From the human T2T-CHM13v2.0 reference genome, Homo sapiens: a stretch of DNA of 64,000 nucleotides. A program made the translations under genes and the position numbers. This document shows positions 11,271 to 25,482 of this stretch, piece after piece. The notes below the pieces were generated by a model. The model saw only the letters and a program-made list of their open reading frames with translations. It made no database searches and had not been told where the DNA came from. The first letter of the stretch is position 1, and every line of letters starts with the position of its first letter. The stretch lies in the NCBI RefSeq assembly GCF_009914755.1, contig NC_060942.1; one strand, 5' to 3'.

Positions 11271-13731
11271 ATTTGCACAGATTGCGAAAGCAAGGTACTT
11301 GGAAATAAGTTCTTAAAACTGCATTTGTATTACTGCTTGAACTTCCATCTATCTCACTTTCCTATGGTTAAAATAAAGTTCCTTTTAAACTTTTAAGTGC
11401 TGAAAGATGTAGCGTTTTCTACATTGCAACTATAAACGAAGTTCTCCTTGTTAAAATGGTTACAGGGTTTTCACAGAAATGGAAGAAGACCCTTGTGACA
11501 AGGCAACAGAATGAAAAAAAATTTGTAGCAATTTTAGCACTTTCAACAGAAGTCATTAGGCACATTAAATTTATTATATAGGAATTGCTAATCTCTACTC
11601 TGGTACTTGCAATTTTATAGCATTTGATCATGCAAAATGGTCTGTGTAGGAAGTTTGTATTTTTTCCAGGTCATGTATTGTTAACATTGCTGAGGTTTGT
11701 TTAAATGCTTTGATTGTCTTGCAACACAGTCATGTGGCAACTGTGGCCAAAGTCATCTTTTGAGCTACCTCAGACCAGATCAACTTTATAGTGTTTTTAG
11801 GTCACTTGGGACTAATCACAGAGCCACTGATCAGATTTACCGGGCAGTATTTGATTGATTACTTAGTGGGTGATTTTTTGCAACTACAACCTTTTCCATG
11901 TACAGACCTTTTCTGTTTCCTTTAGCCAGCATCAAACAATGCTCTTGCCACTGGGACCCCAGATACTAAGGGCTGTATGACCTTCCCAGACATGAAGGAG
12001 AATTTTCTGAGAAAGGAGCCAGTCAGCATAGGAACAGGAAGGCAGATCTCTTTGCGTTCATGCACTGAGGATTAGCATGCAAAGGAAGGGACTCACTCAA
12101 AGGGAAGGTCCGCCAATGGTGAGAGAAAGCCCCAGAGATGTTAGGATGTCAGATGTGCACTGATTTACATCTCCAACAGGGACCTGGATCTAAGCCTTGA
12201 ATTGCAACACAGCATTAATTGTATTGTGTAATTAACTACACTAAAAGCCACAATGATCTTGTATCCACAATCATTTAGACTAAATGTATCTCAAAATGTT
12301 GTGACAAGTGAATGAATAATGCTTTAGTGAAATAAAATGGTAAAATGAACATCTCCTCACCATTTGATCCACTCCTAAGATCCATTTGTAGGTGTTTGCA
12401 GCCAAACTCCCTCAGCACATTAAGATCTTAAACACCATCTTTCTATACAAAGGAAATCACTAAAAGTATAGTTTGTTATTGACTATGCAAAATTATTCTA
12501 GTTTCTCTTGGAGGATAATAAATACGTGCTTGGAGGAGCTACTTGTGTTTGTTAAAGCAGTTTGTGTGTTTTCATATTATTATCAGTGCGATTAGCTCTC
12601 CACTGGTGGAAGTGTTAAGAAGCTTTCAGGGATCTGGGTTTAGGCTTCTCTATTTGGTGAAGAAATAACTCATTACTTCTTGTACATGTTGAGTTTTACT
12701 TGTAGATGAACTTGGCATTACTAATATTAAATGTGCTGTGGAAGGAAGCCAGGTTTCCTATTCTGAAAGTCTGTCCACAGATTCCCCAAACCTTTTGTGA
12801 AGAGTTTCTTTATGTTTTCCCAGTGGCAGGCACACTGGGTGAAACACTCAACAGGCTTTCATTTTTGCCTCAGTATACCCTGCTGACCTCAGTATACACC
12901 TAATGCCAGTCACCTTTCCCTGGGGTGTGATGTCACCTGTAGGCCCTTGCCCCTGCCCTGAGGGGAGAAGGAGTAAGGTTGTGGGCTTTAAAGAAAAGTG
13001 AGAGGCCCACCTGACTTCAGGGGGCCTCGTGGTATATTTGCAATGGGAACTGGCCTGAGCGCATGGCTGTACTTATCAGGGACATATGGAGAAGGAGGAA
13101 GCCCATGGAAATGACCAGTGAGCATGAACAGAGTCAATAAAACATTATTTTTGGATAATGAACTCGCTTTTTCAGACTCTGAGATATAATCGATTTAAGT
13201 CCATCCTACACACAAGCCATATATCCCATAAAAGGGAGAATTCTGAAGAAATGTTTAAAGACCAGGAGTCCTCTCCTCCATCTTATTCTCGTCTTTGCAT
13301 TCTGAATTTGTGTCCAGGTATAAGGTGCAAATTGCAATCCTATTCATCATGCCTTTGACTCTTGACACACGTTTGGGTACTGGCCAAAGGGAGTCCTCTA
13401 TCTTAAGCAGTGGAGCTTACTTTCTAATGCCAGGGTGCATGTCCTACCTGAAGACCTTCAATGTCACATTCGGCCCTTGTGTCTGTGTGTGTGCGCCTGA
13501 GGCTTTGGGGGAACACTTCGAGTTTAATCCCTGTACTGCTCACCCCGGGGTAGTAATATCAATTCATTTCCCTTAGAAACATGCTGTCCTGGCTTAGGCA
13601 GAACCTCAGGAGTTCATGTAGTTCAGCTCTGCTCCCAGAAAGGGAAGCCCTGACTGCCTGAATTTACCTAATTGTCTTTGGAGTCGATCAGTAACTACCA
13701 GACTAAATAGGTAGGTAGACCTTTATTAGAA

Positions 13732-14190
13732 CAGTGAAGCTTTTTAAATCTGAGGACCCTGTTACACTCTTAAAAATTACCGAGGACCCCAAAGAACTGT
13801 TTCTTTAAAAAAAATGTAGATTATATCTATCACTATTTACCAAACTAGAAATGAAAACCAGACACATTTTGAAATGTTCATTTACTAATTTATTAAAATA
13901 ATATAATAATTAAATACTAATATGAATAATATATATATTAAAAAACATTTTCTAAAGTGAAAAAATGTAATGAGAAGAGTGATATTGTTTTTCATTTTTG
14001 CAAATCTCCTTAATATTTGGCTTAATAGAAGGGATGTCATATAGCCTCTGGAAAACTCCGCTGTCTATTAGAGATTGAGAATGATAATGTCTTAGTATTA
14101 TCATGAGAATAGTTTTAACCTCATGGACCTCCTGAAAGGGTGTTAGGGACTGCCAGGAGTCAAGACACAACACTTTGGAAGTTGCTGTGT
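13732..14190. mobile_element. hAT-Charlie-type DNA transposon remnant
   Basis: CAGTG...GAGGACCCTGTTACACTCTTAAAAATTACCGAGGACCCCAAAGA start and ...CACTTTGGAAGTTGCTG end resemble Charlie/MER termini. Confidence 0.6.
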
Positions 14191-14524
14191 TAAAATTAAA
14201 GAGCTCTGAGATGTGACAAGATGCCTAGTTGCTGCTATATCCACTTTACCAGGCTACATATTTTGAAACTGTTCCCTCTTTTCTTTAACTCCCATATTAC
14301 TTATTATACCACTCACATGTCTTGGGCAGCTCTGTATTCTAGTTATTTGTCTGCATATCTGCCCAAAGAGACTATGAGCTTAGAGAAGGAGGAGGTCCAC
14401 TGATCCTTGTAACACTCTGGGTAGTGTCTTACACACAGATGCGTATTATAAACGCAAACAATAACCGCTGCTGTTTATTAAGTATTGTTATGTGCTGGGT
14501 GTCCTGCAAAGGCATTAGTTACTT

Positions 14525-15036
14525 TAAGGGTTTTCTAGCACTTCTCACAAAGCACCACAAACCAGGCAGCTTAAAGCAACAGAAGCTTTATTCACCCACA
14601 GGCTTGGAGGCCAGTACTTTGAAATGACGATGTCGGCAGGGTCATGCTGTCTCAAAAGGCTCCAGGGGAGAATGTTCCATGACTTTCTCTTGGTTTCTGG
14701 TGTTGCCAGCAGTTCTTAGCATTCTTTGGCTTGTGGAAGCATCCCTCCAATCTCTGCCTCCATTGCCATACGGCATGCCCTTCACACAGGTGAAGACATT
14801 TGTGTCTTCACATCTTCCCTCTGTGTATGTCTGTTTCTGTGTCTCTCCTCTTATTCCTTTAAGGACACCAGTCATATCGGATTAGGGCTCACCTAACTCC
14901 AATGTAACTTCATCTTAACTAATTATATATTAGTTAAGAAATAGGACATACCCTGTTTCCACGTAAGGTCACATTCACAGGTAATGGGGATTAGGACTTA
15001 ACATATCTTTTTGGGGGACACAATTCAACCCATTAC
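14525..15036 (-). mobile_element. MLT1 (ERVL-MaLR) solo LTR
   Basis: CACCACAAACCAGGCAGCTTAAAGCAACAGAA ... TTTTTGGGGGACACAATTCAACCCATTACA, typical antisense MLT1. Confidence 0.82.
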
Positions 15037-15499
15037 ACTTACTAAATATTAAACTGAACAATGCAAAACTGCTGCAATTCGACTGTTTTTGTTTTATAAA
15101 AGTTTTAACTTTGTAGTTTAACTGAAATCCTAATGGAAACAATATGTGATAAATAAAACCAACTGATGTTGATTAGTGCTGTCAACTTTTCTGACATATG
15201 CTGGAGAAGAGATGTGACCACTGGGCTCCCGACAATGGCCACTGTGGCTGAGCAGGCCCAAGACTGCAGAGTCTAGGCAGAGCTGGACACACAGAGGACC
15301 TCACATGCCTTCAGACATTTGCCTGGAAGTTTCTTCACAACTGATCTTACTTTTGAATTTACAGAAAGTTCCTTGTTTCTTCTGAGATCAATTACTTTGT
15401 TTAAATAGAATTCTTATAGTGTTGGCAGAATGCAGTTGAGAAGACGTTAAAGATGCTTTAGAAACTAACTGCTCCCTTGTCCTTGCTTCCAGGCCCGCA

Positions 15500-15667
15500 A
15501 TGGATGCCCTGCAACTAGCAAATTCGGCTTTTGCCGTTGATCTGTTCAAACAACTATGTGAAAAGGAGCCACTGGGCAATGTCCTCTTCTCTCCAATCTG
15601 TCTCTCCACCTCTCTGTCACTTGCTCAAGTGGGTGCTAAAGGTGACACTGCAAATGAAATTGGACAG
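15500..15667 (+). CDS. SERPINB5: Maspin (serpin B5) exon 2, aa 1-56; exon starts 15493
   Basis: MDALQLANSAFAVDLFKQLCEKEPLGNVLFSPICLSTSLSLAQVGAKGDTANEIGQ; acceptor TTCCAG|GCCCGCAATGG (good Kozak), donor CAG|GTAAGC. Confidence 0.99.
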
Positions 15668-15811
15668 GTAAGCCCCAAAACCTTGTTTCTACTTTAAGTG
15701 GGAATACAGTTATTAGAACCCATAGGCAGTGCCTACGGAAAAAAGGAATGTAGACTTTGTGGCCAGAATTGGTCAAGATTCAGAACTGTGCCATTCCAGG
15801 ACTCTCTTAAT

Positions 15812-16092
15812 CTTTTTTTTTTTTTTTTTTTTTTGTGAGACAGGGTCCCACTCTGTCACCCATGCTGGAGTGCAGTGGTGCGATGTTGGCTCACTGCAGC
15901 CTCCAGGTTCAAGCGATTGTTGTGCCTCAGCCTGCCGAGTAGCTGGGATGACAGGCGCGTGCCACAACGCCAGGCAAATTTTTGTATTTTTAGTAGAGAC
16001 AGGGTTTCACCATGTGGCCAGGCTGGTCTCGAACTCCTGACTTCAGGTGATCCGCCTGCCTCGGCCTCCCAAAATGCTGGGATTACAGGCAT
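15812..16092 (-). mobile_element. Alu, intron 2
   Basis: Poly(T) plus antisense dimer lacking the extreme 5' end. Confidence 0.93.
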
Positions 16093-17679
16093 CTTAATTT
16101 ATTTTTAAATGTGAAAGCTCGCTTGTAGGTAATGCAACTCACATCTGGGACAGGCACCAGGCTGTGATGGAGAACCTGGAGATCTGCTGGGTAATCACAG
16201 CTTTTTCATTCTGACTTATAATATTTTCAATTTACAATGGTTTTATTGAGATGTAACCTCATCATAAATCAAGCAGCATCTGTATCGTTTTAGGGTTTCT
16301 TTCTGGCTATGGTTGATTATCTAGCTTTGTAAAGTTCTTAGACCTTCAAATGAGACAATTTTCCTGATTGTTCCGTTTTAAGTCCTCATGTACTTTTACA
16401 TAATAGGTGAATGTTCTTCTAATTCTATTTCATTATTACTCTTATGCTAATCATTCTAGGTTCAATAGAATTTCTTTTCTATTAGCTCATAAGCATTTAA
16501 AAAGGCAACACCTTCTTGTATTCATATGTGTCCAGAAAGTATGGCCCATAAGAGTTATTTAGGTAAGGATGAAGAATTTACACTTGGGACTTGAAGCAGC
16601 TTCACTCCTGTGAAGAGGAGATGTATCTTGACATCAAGCCACATCTCTGAACTGCGCAACTCCACTATCCCTACCCAATCTCCCATTCCTCATTTCTCAT
16701 CTACCATTAGAGAAAGGCCAGCGAAAGAGAACTTCCGGGTAGTGGGTCTGTTCCTCAGTAATTCCTCAAGCTCTTCTCAGTATATGCAACTGGTTCCCCA
16801 GCAGTAGTTACCTGGGCTCTTAAATTTTCTGGTCTCCTTCATCCATCTTTAGGCATGAGAGTTATGCACTGTCTGGGACCAGCATTTGACCCTGCAATGC
16901 TGAGGCTATGTAATTCATTGGGACAATGTGCCGGTTTGGCAGCGTTCGTTATCTGGGTTGTGGAATCACAGCATGGCCATTATGAGTTATGGAGCGAGGA
17001 GGGTGTCATCTTATGCTGACATTACATGTTGTGGTGTTGCAAGGCAGAAAAGATGCTGGACTATTGGTTGGAACAATAAAAAAAAAAAAGGAACAAAATA
17101 CAATGATTTAAGCCCTCCAAATGATAGTATCCTGGTTTTAAATGGCTTACAATATTATTACAAGAATAATTAACAGTTTGAATCCATATAATATTTTACG
17201 TGTTTTACATATAAGTAATCCTCATTAACAACTCAGGAAAGCAGGTATTTTCAGCCCATTTTACGGAGAGGAAAGGAGGCTCTGAAGAGTTGGAGAAGAT
17301 TCTCTGAAGAGTTGGAGAAGAGGTGGTGAAGGCTGGGATTCACAGGCAGGGCCATCTGACTCTAGCCAGCCCAGGGCAGCCCACCATTTATTGTAGCTGC
17401 CCATCAGAAATGACACATCTATTTACCTGGCATTTGCTAAAGCACCCAGAGGGACTAGACAGACTCTGGCTAGAGGCACTTGTCCTGAAATCTGATTCCT
17501 GCCTGATGATGGTGTCTCTTGTATCAATCTCTCTCTCTGGTCTTTGAATTGGATAGAAATTATAACCCAGCTTCATCGTTCTCCAAGTTTGGAAATCCTT
17601 CTGTGTGAGTATTAAGGGCATCACTTTGAAGAAAGGACAAATGTTCTCGATGGTTGATTTGGAAGAGTACCTTTATGGT

Positions 17680-17890
17680 AGTGTTTCTCAGTGGGGACAA
17701 TTTGTCCTCCCCTTCCCACTCTGGGATAATCTGGCAATGTCTGGAGACATTCTGGGTTCTCACAAATAGGAGGAGGATGCCACTGGCATCTAGTAGGTCA
17801 GCGATGCTGCTAAGCATCCTGCAGTGCCCAGGACAGCCCCACAAAGACTCATCCAGCCTGAATGTCAATAGTGCTGAGGTTGAGGAGCCT
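17680..17890. mobile_element. MER20 DNA transposon
   Basis: GGCAATGTCTGGAGACATT...CCACTGGCATCTAGTAGGTCAG...AATGTCAATAGTGCTGAGGTTGAG. Confidence 0.8.
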
Positions 17891-18016
17891 TACTTTACGG
17901 GAACTAGGCAGGAGGAGTCTGTATGCCCAAGGACGTTGGTCATTATCACGTGTCCACTTCAGTACAGCACTACTCAGAGGCAATGCTTTTTGGGTAACGG
18001 ATTTTTCTCTTAACAG

Positions 18017-18154
18017 GTTCTTCATTTTGAAAATGTCAAAGATGTACCCTTTGGATTTCAAACAGTAACATCGGATGTAAACAAACTTAGTTCCTTTTAC
18101 TCACTGAAACTAATCAAGCGGCTCTACGTAGACAAATCTCTGAATCTTTCTACA
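18017..18154 (+). CDS. SERPINB5: Maspin exon 3, aa 57-102
   Basis: TAACAG|GTTCTTCAT: VLHFENVKDVPFGFQTVTSDVNKLSSFYSLKLIKRLYVDKSLNLST; donor ACA|GTAAGT; 138 nt. Confidence 0.98.
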
Positions 18155-19710
18155 GTAAGTTGTTTAAAGCAAGTAGCAAGACTTAACTTTTTACAAGGAG
18201 TGGCATTTTCATGCTGTTAGACCTACAACTTTTTTTCAGTGAAATTCCTTTCTAGGATGTTCACTTGTGATTTGAGGCTTTAAATAAATAAATCCTAGTG
18301 GAGAGGTTGAGTATAGTGGGAATCAATTGCAGTCACATCTTCTAACTCAAAATACAGAGAAGCTTATGGGCTTTCCTTTTCTCTCTCAAATAAATCTTAC
18401 CCTTTCTTTTACCTTCCTCTGAGAGAATGGAGAACAGAGTAATTAACTCTCTAATAAATGTAGCTCCATAGACAATGAGCTGTCTTACAGAGTGTAAGAC
18501 AGCTAATGATTTAAACTTCTTTCTCCTTAAAGAGCAGGGCATATGGCCTGGGACAATGTTTTAAGCTCTCCACCTCATTTTTTATGCACACATTCTTCTG
18601 ATGTTTCTCAAAATCAGTAAGAAAAATAATAACTATGAATTCACAATTTTCATCAGTCACAAATTAGTTTTGTTGGCTGGGCTGGTCAGATGGGGATCTC
18701 CACAGGCAGCTCTGGTTATATAAGTTTAGCCATTGCTCTAAGGAATCATACAAACACCACTACGGTACCCATTGTTGTAATATTTAAAAATCTGTATTTG
18801 AAACACACAGACAATATTCTAGACTACATGAAGTTTCCCTCTGTACTTCAGTAACACAGAGTTGATTTAGTTCCTGTTTGGATGGTCAGAATTTCAAGGT
18901 TTCCAAATCGAAAAGCTAGACTACCAGCTTTTAAATATTTTACCATGATTTTGCAACTTTCTGCAGTAGGTATTTTTGTGGTTAAGATCTTTTGAGGACA
19001 TGGGTTACTAGATATTGTGAGTATATTTTTTGTTGCTTAAAGATACATACACACAACCATTTTTCTTCCAACAATCATCTGAAGAATTTAAAAAAAAAAA
19101 CTGAGATGTGAGTTGAAGCCTGAGCATACAACATTTCTAGAAGCTCCCTAAATGATCATTAAAGAGACAATTAACACATTTTTATTGCTGGCAGTGAGGA
19201 CAATGGAGGCCCTCCTTCATCTGGCTGAGGCTTTCTAATGTTTTCAGGTGAGATTGGTTCTGTCAGTCAATGGTGACAGTGAGTCCCAAGGTTGATTTGC
19301 AATTAACTGAAGCTAAGTTAATTGGCTAAGGCTGAAGCTGCTCTGAAGAAATTCAAGAAGCCCTGTGCTTGGAAGTGAACTGACATGACACTGAATCAAG
19401 TTATATTTAGTTTCACTGAACTTCCATGCAACATCTGGAATGATCTTAACCAGACTAGGAGTTGTAAAGTTTTGTTTTGTTTTTTTCCTTGGAGATGGAG
19501 TCTTTCTCTGTTGCCCAGGCTGGGGTGCAGCGGCATGATCTCGGCTCATTACAAAAGATTTTTTAAAAGACTGCTTTCCATTGCTCCTGCTAGGTGCACA
19601 GCATCTGCAAATTTACTAGTTAAAGGTCCAAACAAGTGTGCTCTGTGGAGGATCTCTTGCATAAGAACTATCTGGGTGTTAAAAGGGCAAGTTCTTCAGG
19701 CCCTTTTAAC

Positions 19711-19769
19711 ACCCAGGTAGTTCTGATTGAACCCAGGTAGTTCTGATTAAACCCAGGTAGTTCTGATTG
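19711..19769. repeat. 20-bp unit x3 tandem repeat
   Basis: ACCCAGGTAGTTCTGATT(G/A)A three times, within MER5-like sequence. Confidence 0.9.
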
Positions 19770-20417
19770 TCAAGGTGGGAATGGGGTTTAGGGTTGCACA
19801 TTTTAAATAAGCATTAGAATAAGAACTCCTGTTATGTTCTCTCCTGCATTGTGTTTCCAACCTTAATTTGCAGATGGCACACCTGGAAATTTTGTTAAAA
19901 TGCATTCTGATTCAGTATGTCTGGGGTGGGGTCTGAGATTCTTTATTTCTAACAAGGTCTCAGGTGATGCTGTACACCACCTTGGACCACAGTTTGAGTA
20001 GCAAGGGTCTACAGGATATTTAGTTCAGCAAAGACAAGAGTTTTCTGCTCATAATTCTGTTTTCTATACATTTCCTATATTCTAATATATATGTATCTGT
20101 AGACATACAAAATTTTCATGTTTCTGAAATTACAACCCATAAGAGAATTGGGCATATTTAACATAGTGTTTTCCCCAAAGCTGATATTAAATTGATAGAT
20201 GCATTTAATAATTGAAATTGTCTTATAATTGAAAAAAATGAAACATTCAATACAAAGAAATTCACTGACTTCTACATGAGGTTTCAATTCATATAGTGTT
20301 ACCAATTTTGAAAGTGTACATATAGCAGTTGATATTTAATAATCCTTTTGTTAGAAGAGAATAACAATGCAATAGCTTGACTACAGACTCTGATTTTATG
20401 AACTGCATGTTTTTCAG

Positions 20418-20535
20418 GAGTTCATCAGCTCTACGAAGAGACCGTATGCAAAGGAATTGGAAACTGTTGACTTCAAAGATAAATTGGAAGAAACGAAAGG
20501 TCAGATCAACAACTCAATTAAGGATCTCACAGATG
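20418..20535 (+). CDS. SERPINB5: Maspin exon 4, aa 103-142 (phase 1 end, GC donor)
   Basis: TTTCAG|GAGTTC: EFISSTKRPYAKELETVDFKDKLEETKGQINNSIKDLTD; ends ATG|GCAAGT; 118 nt. Confidence 0.97.
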
Positions 20536-20971
20536 GCAAGTACCCTTTAATTGTTCTGCTATCAATCACCAAGTAAACAGGGCCTTCCATCTCATAAATG
20601 TTTGCTCCAAGGATAAAAAAAACATCTGGAGGATTCTCTGGATATTTTTACTACACAAGCTAAATTCTTTCCCTTCAAGCCTGTAAACAACTTGGATTTC
20701 TGGGCAATTCTTGTATCATCTCATCACTTGGTAGAAACTGTTGATGCTTCAGTGTTAGTTTACTTTGTCTTGCTCTCTGACGAGCTGTCACAGGCCCTAG
20801 TGGAATCCTAGCTGCGCCTCTAACAAAGTATGACTTTGGGCCAATCATGAGGCCATTTTTCAGTCTGGAAATAGAGGGACTGGATTATAACTTCATGATC
20901 CCCGAGGCCCCTTTCAGCTGACAAATTTTACAAATTTGTTAAGGAAAAAGGGACATAGGCAACATATGTAA

Positions 20972-21502
<531 letters not shown>

Positions 21503-21879
21503 TCAGTGACTTTGTCCCCCTCCCCAGTGGATATATTTATAATTGCATCTGGAGGGACCCGTTGGGAGGCCGGGCCGAATCTAGTCATGAAAGAATGAAG
21601 CCTAGGCAGTCGCTGCTGTCTAGGGAGGGATACACTTCCGGGGCAAGGGAGACCCACTTCCTGCGAGAATGACTGGCGCCCCCAGCTACTCTGTCTCTGT
21701 ACTGACTGAGGAAGTTCTAACAGGACAGTAACTGCAGGATGAGAACATGGGAAGAACAGGGTCTCTGGAGTCATTCAGCACCTAGGTTCAAATCCAGACA
21801 CTGGTACTTACTAACTGATATTTGGACACAAAGCTTCAATTTACTGAACTGTAAAATGAGGCACATGTTACCTGATTTA

Positions 21880-22847
<968 letters not shown>

Positions 22848-24024
22848 TGAAAAGACTTCTGAGTTTGAAATGGGAGGCTCAGGGTTGAAGTTGAAGCTCT
22901 GTCGTTTACCGGCTCCCACACTTCTTTGTTCTTCAGGTTTCTTCAATAACACTAATATATATTTAACATATTATATAGCATTGGCAGGACCAGTTACATA
23001 ATTTGCATGGTCCAGGGCAAAAGTAAAAATGCTGGGCTTCTTGTTTAAACATTTATTAAGAATTTTGAGGTAGTGACAGCTGAACATTAAACCAAGTGCA
23101 GGGTCCTTCACACAGGGGTCACAGGCCTGTGAAGTGGGCCCTGAACATTGGTCTGAAAATTGGAGATTAGGTGAATGAAAACCCTTTATAAAAAACCTGT
23201 GGGCTATTCAAATGTGAGGAGTTCTTTTTATTAAGGGATCACTCCCCTTGAATTGTTTTGGCTATTGGGATTTAGCTTTATAATAACTGCAATTGTGATT
23301 GAGCCCTATGGTGATTACAGTTGACCTTGAGGCAATCAGCCTGCCCGCAAGGAGTGCAATTGAGAGAGTGGATGGAGAGCTGTGGGGTGAAGGGGACAAC
23401 CTTCAGACATGTTTTCCAGCTGAGGAAACTAGAACAGCTCCTTGGCCTCTCTGAGCCTCAGTTTACTGCACTGTAAAATGGAGATAATGATCTTTGCCTT
23501 ATAGGACCATTGTGAAAAGACTGAGATAATATATGTGAAATTCTGCCATAAAGAAAGTGATTACGTATTTTCATTCAAGAGCACAGGCTTTGGAGTCAGA
23601 AAGAGCTGGCTTTGAATCCTGAATCCACCCTTGTTTATATATCATCCTTGAAAGTGACTTATCATCGCTGAGTCTCAGCTTCCTCATTCATAAAGTAGGA
23701 AGAAATATATATAATGTGTATCAAATAGCTTGTATACTGCCTGACACAGAATAGGCATTCAGAATGGTAGCTGTGCTTTCCTTCTTATTTCTCTTCCTTT
23801 CTTCCCTGCTCCTTCATTCTCCTCTGCTGACCTCTTTGGTAGATCTGGTTGTGTCAAGGTAGAAGGAGAGAAAGGAGTCCTTCTGAAATTTGATGGTTGG
23901 AACCATCAGGCCTTACATGGTGTGACTCCATGAAGTGGTAAATACTCAGTGAATATGCATGTGAATTTCAGATGTAGTTTGGAAGAATAATTCTGCTACT
24001 TGTGTTTTCCTAAAATTGTTGCAG

Positions 24025-24167
24025 GCCACTTTGAGAACATTTTAGCTGACAACAGTGTGAACGACCAGACCAAAATCCTTGTGGTTAATGCTGCCTACTT
24101 TGTTGGCAAGTGGATGAAGAAATTTTCTGAATCAGAAACAAAAGAATGTCCTTTCAGAGTCAACAAG
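24025..24167 (+). CDS. SERPINB5: Maspin exon 5, aa 142-189
   Basis: TTGCAG|GCCAC: (G)HFENILADNSVNDQTKILVVNAAYFVGKWMKKFSESETKECPFRVNK; donor AAG|GTATGT; 143 nt. Confidence 0.98.
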
Positions 24168-24578
24168 GTATGTGGGGCAGCATGTAGCAGTAAAAGGAGC
24201 CCAATTATAGATGTGAAAAATGATAGGGACAGAGTGGGGCATAAATCCATTCCAATGAGGAACCTGAGGGCACGGCCGGCAAAGTGCCTTTCCTGAGATG
24301 AACAGCTGGAAGGTAAGTGGTACAAAAAGAGCCAGAATCCAGAGGCCCCCCCTCCTCTTTTCCATAATGTCTTCAAGGATCTGAGCTGAGTGAAACTTTA
24401 TAGAATTTGTAACCCAGCGAGGAAAGCTAAGTCACCAGCTGAAAAATAGCTACAAACATCTGAGAACTTTAGCAGAAAAGGAAAAGACCAAACTCTGTTA
24501 TCAGAGGACTTTGGATTATCATGAAACCTTGACATCTAGGAATCTTGTTCCTGATTGATTAACTTCTCTAACATCTCA

Positions 24579-24958
<380 letters not shown>

Positions 24959-25113
24959 GACCAGATGCTTTCAGGCACTTGTTGGCTGTGAAAAAACAAA
25001 GTATGGCTTACTCATTGACATCACTGGAAGTCATTATGGGAAGAATTAAGGGCCTGTTTTGCAGGCCAGTCTCATTGATACTGTTGAAGTAAATATGTTA
25101 AATAATTAATAGA

Positions 25114-25482
<369 letters not shown>

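Noticed and set aside
19711-19769. CRISPR-like direct repeats
   Set aside because: No spacers, no cas genes, eukaryotic context; simple tandem duplication.
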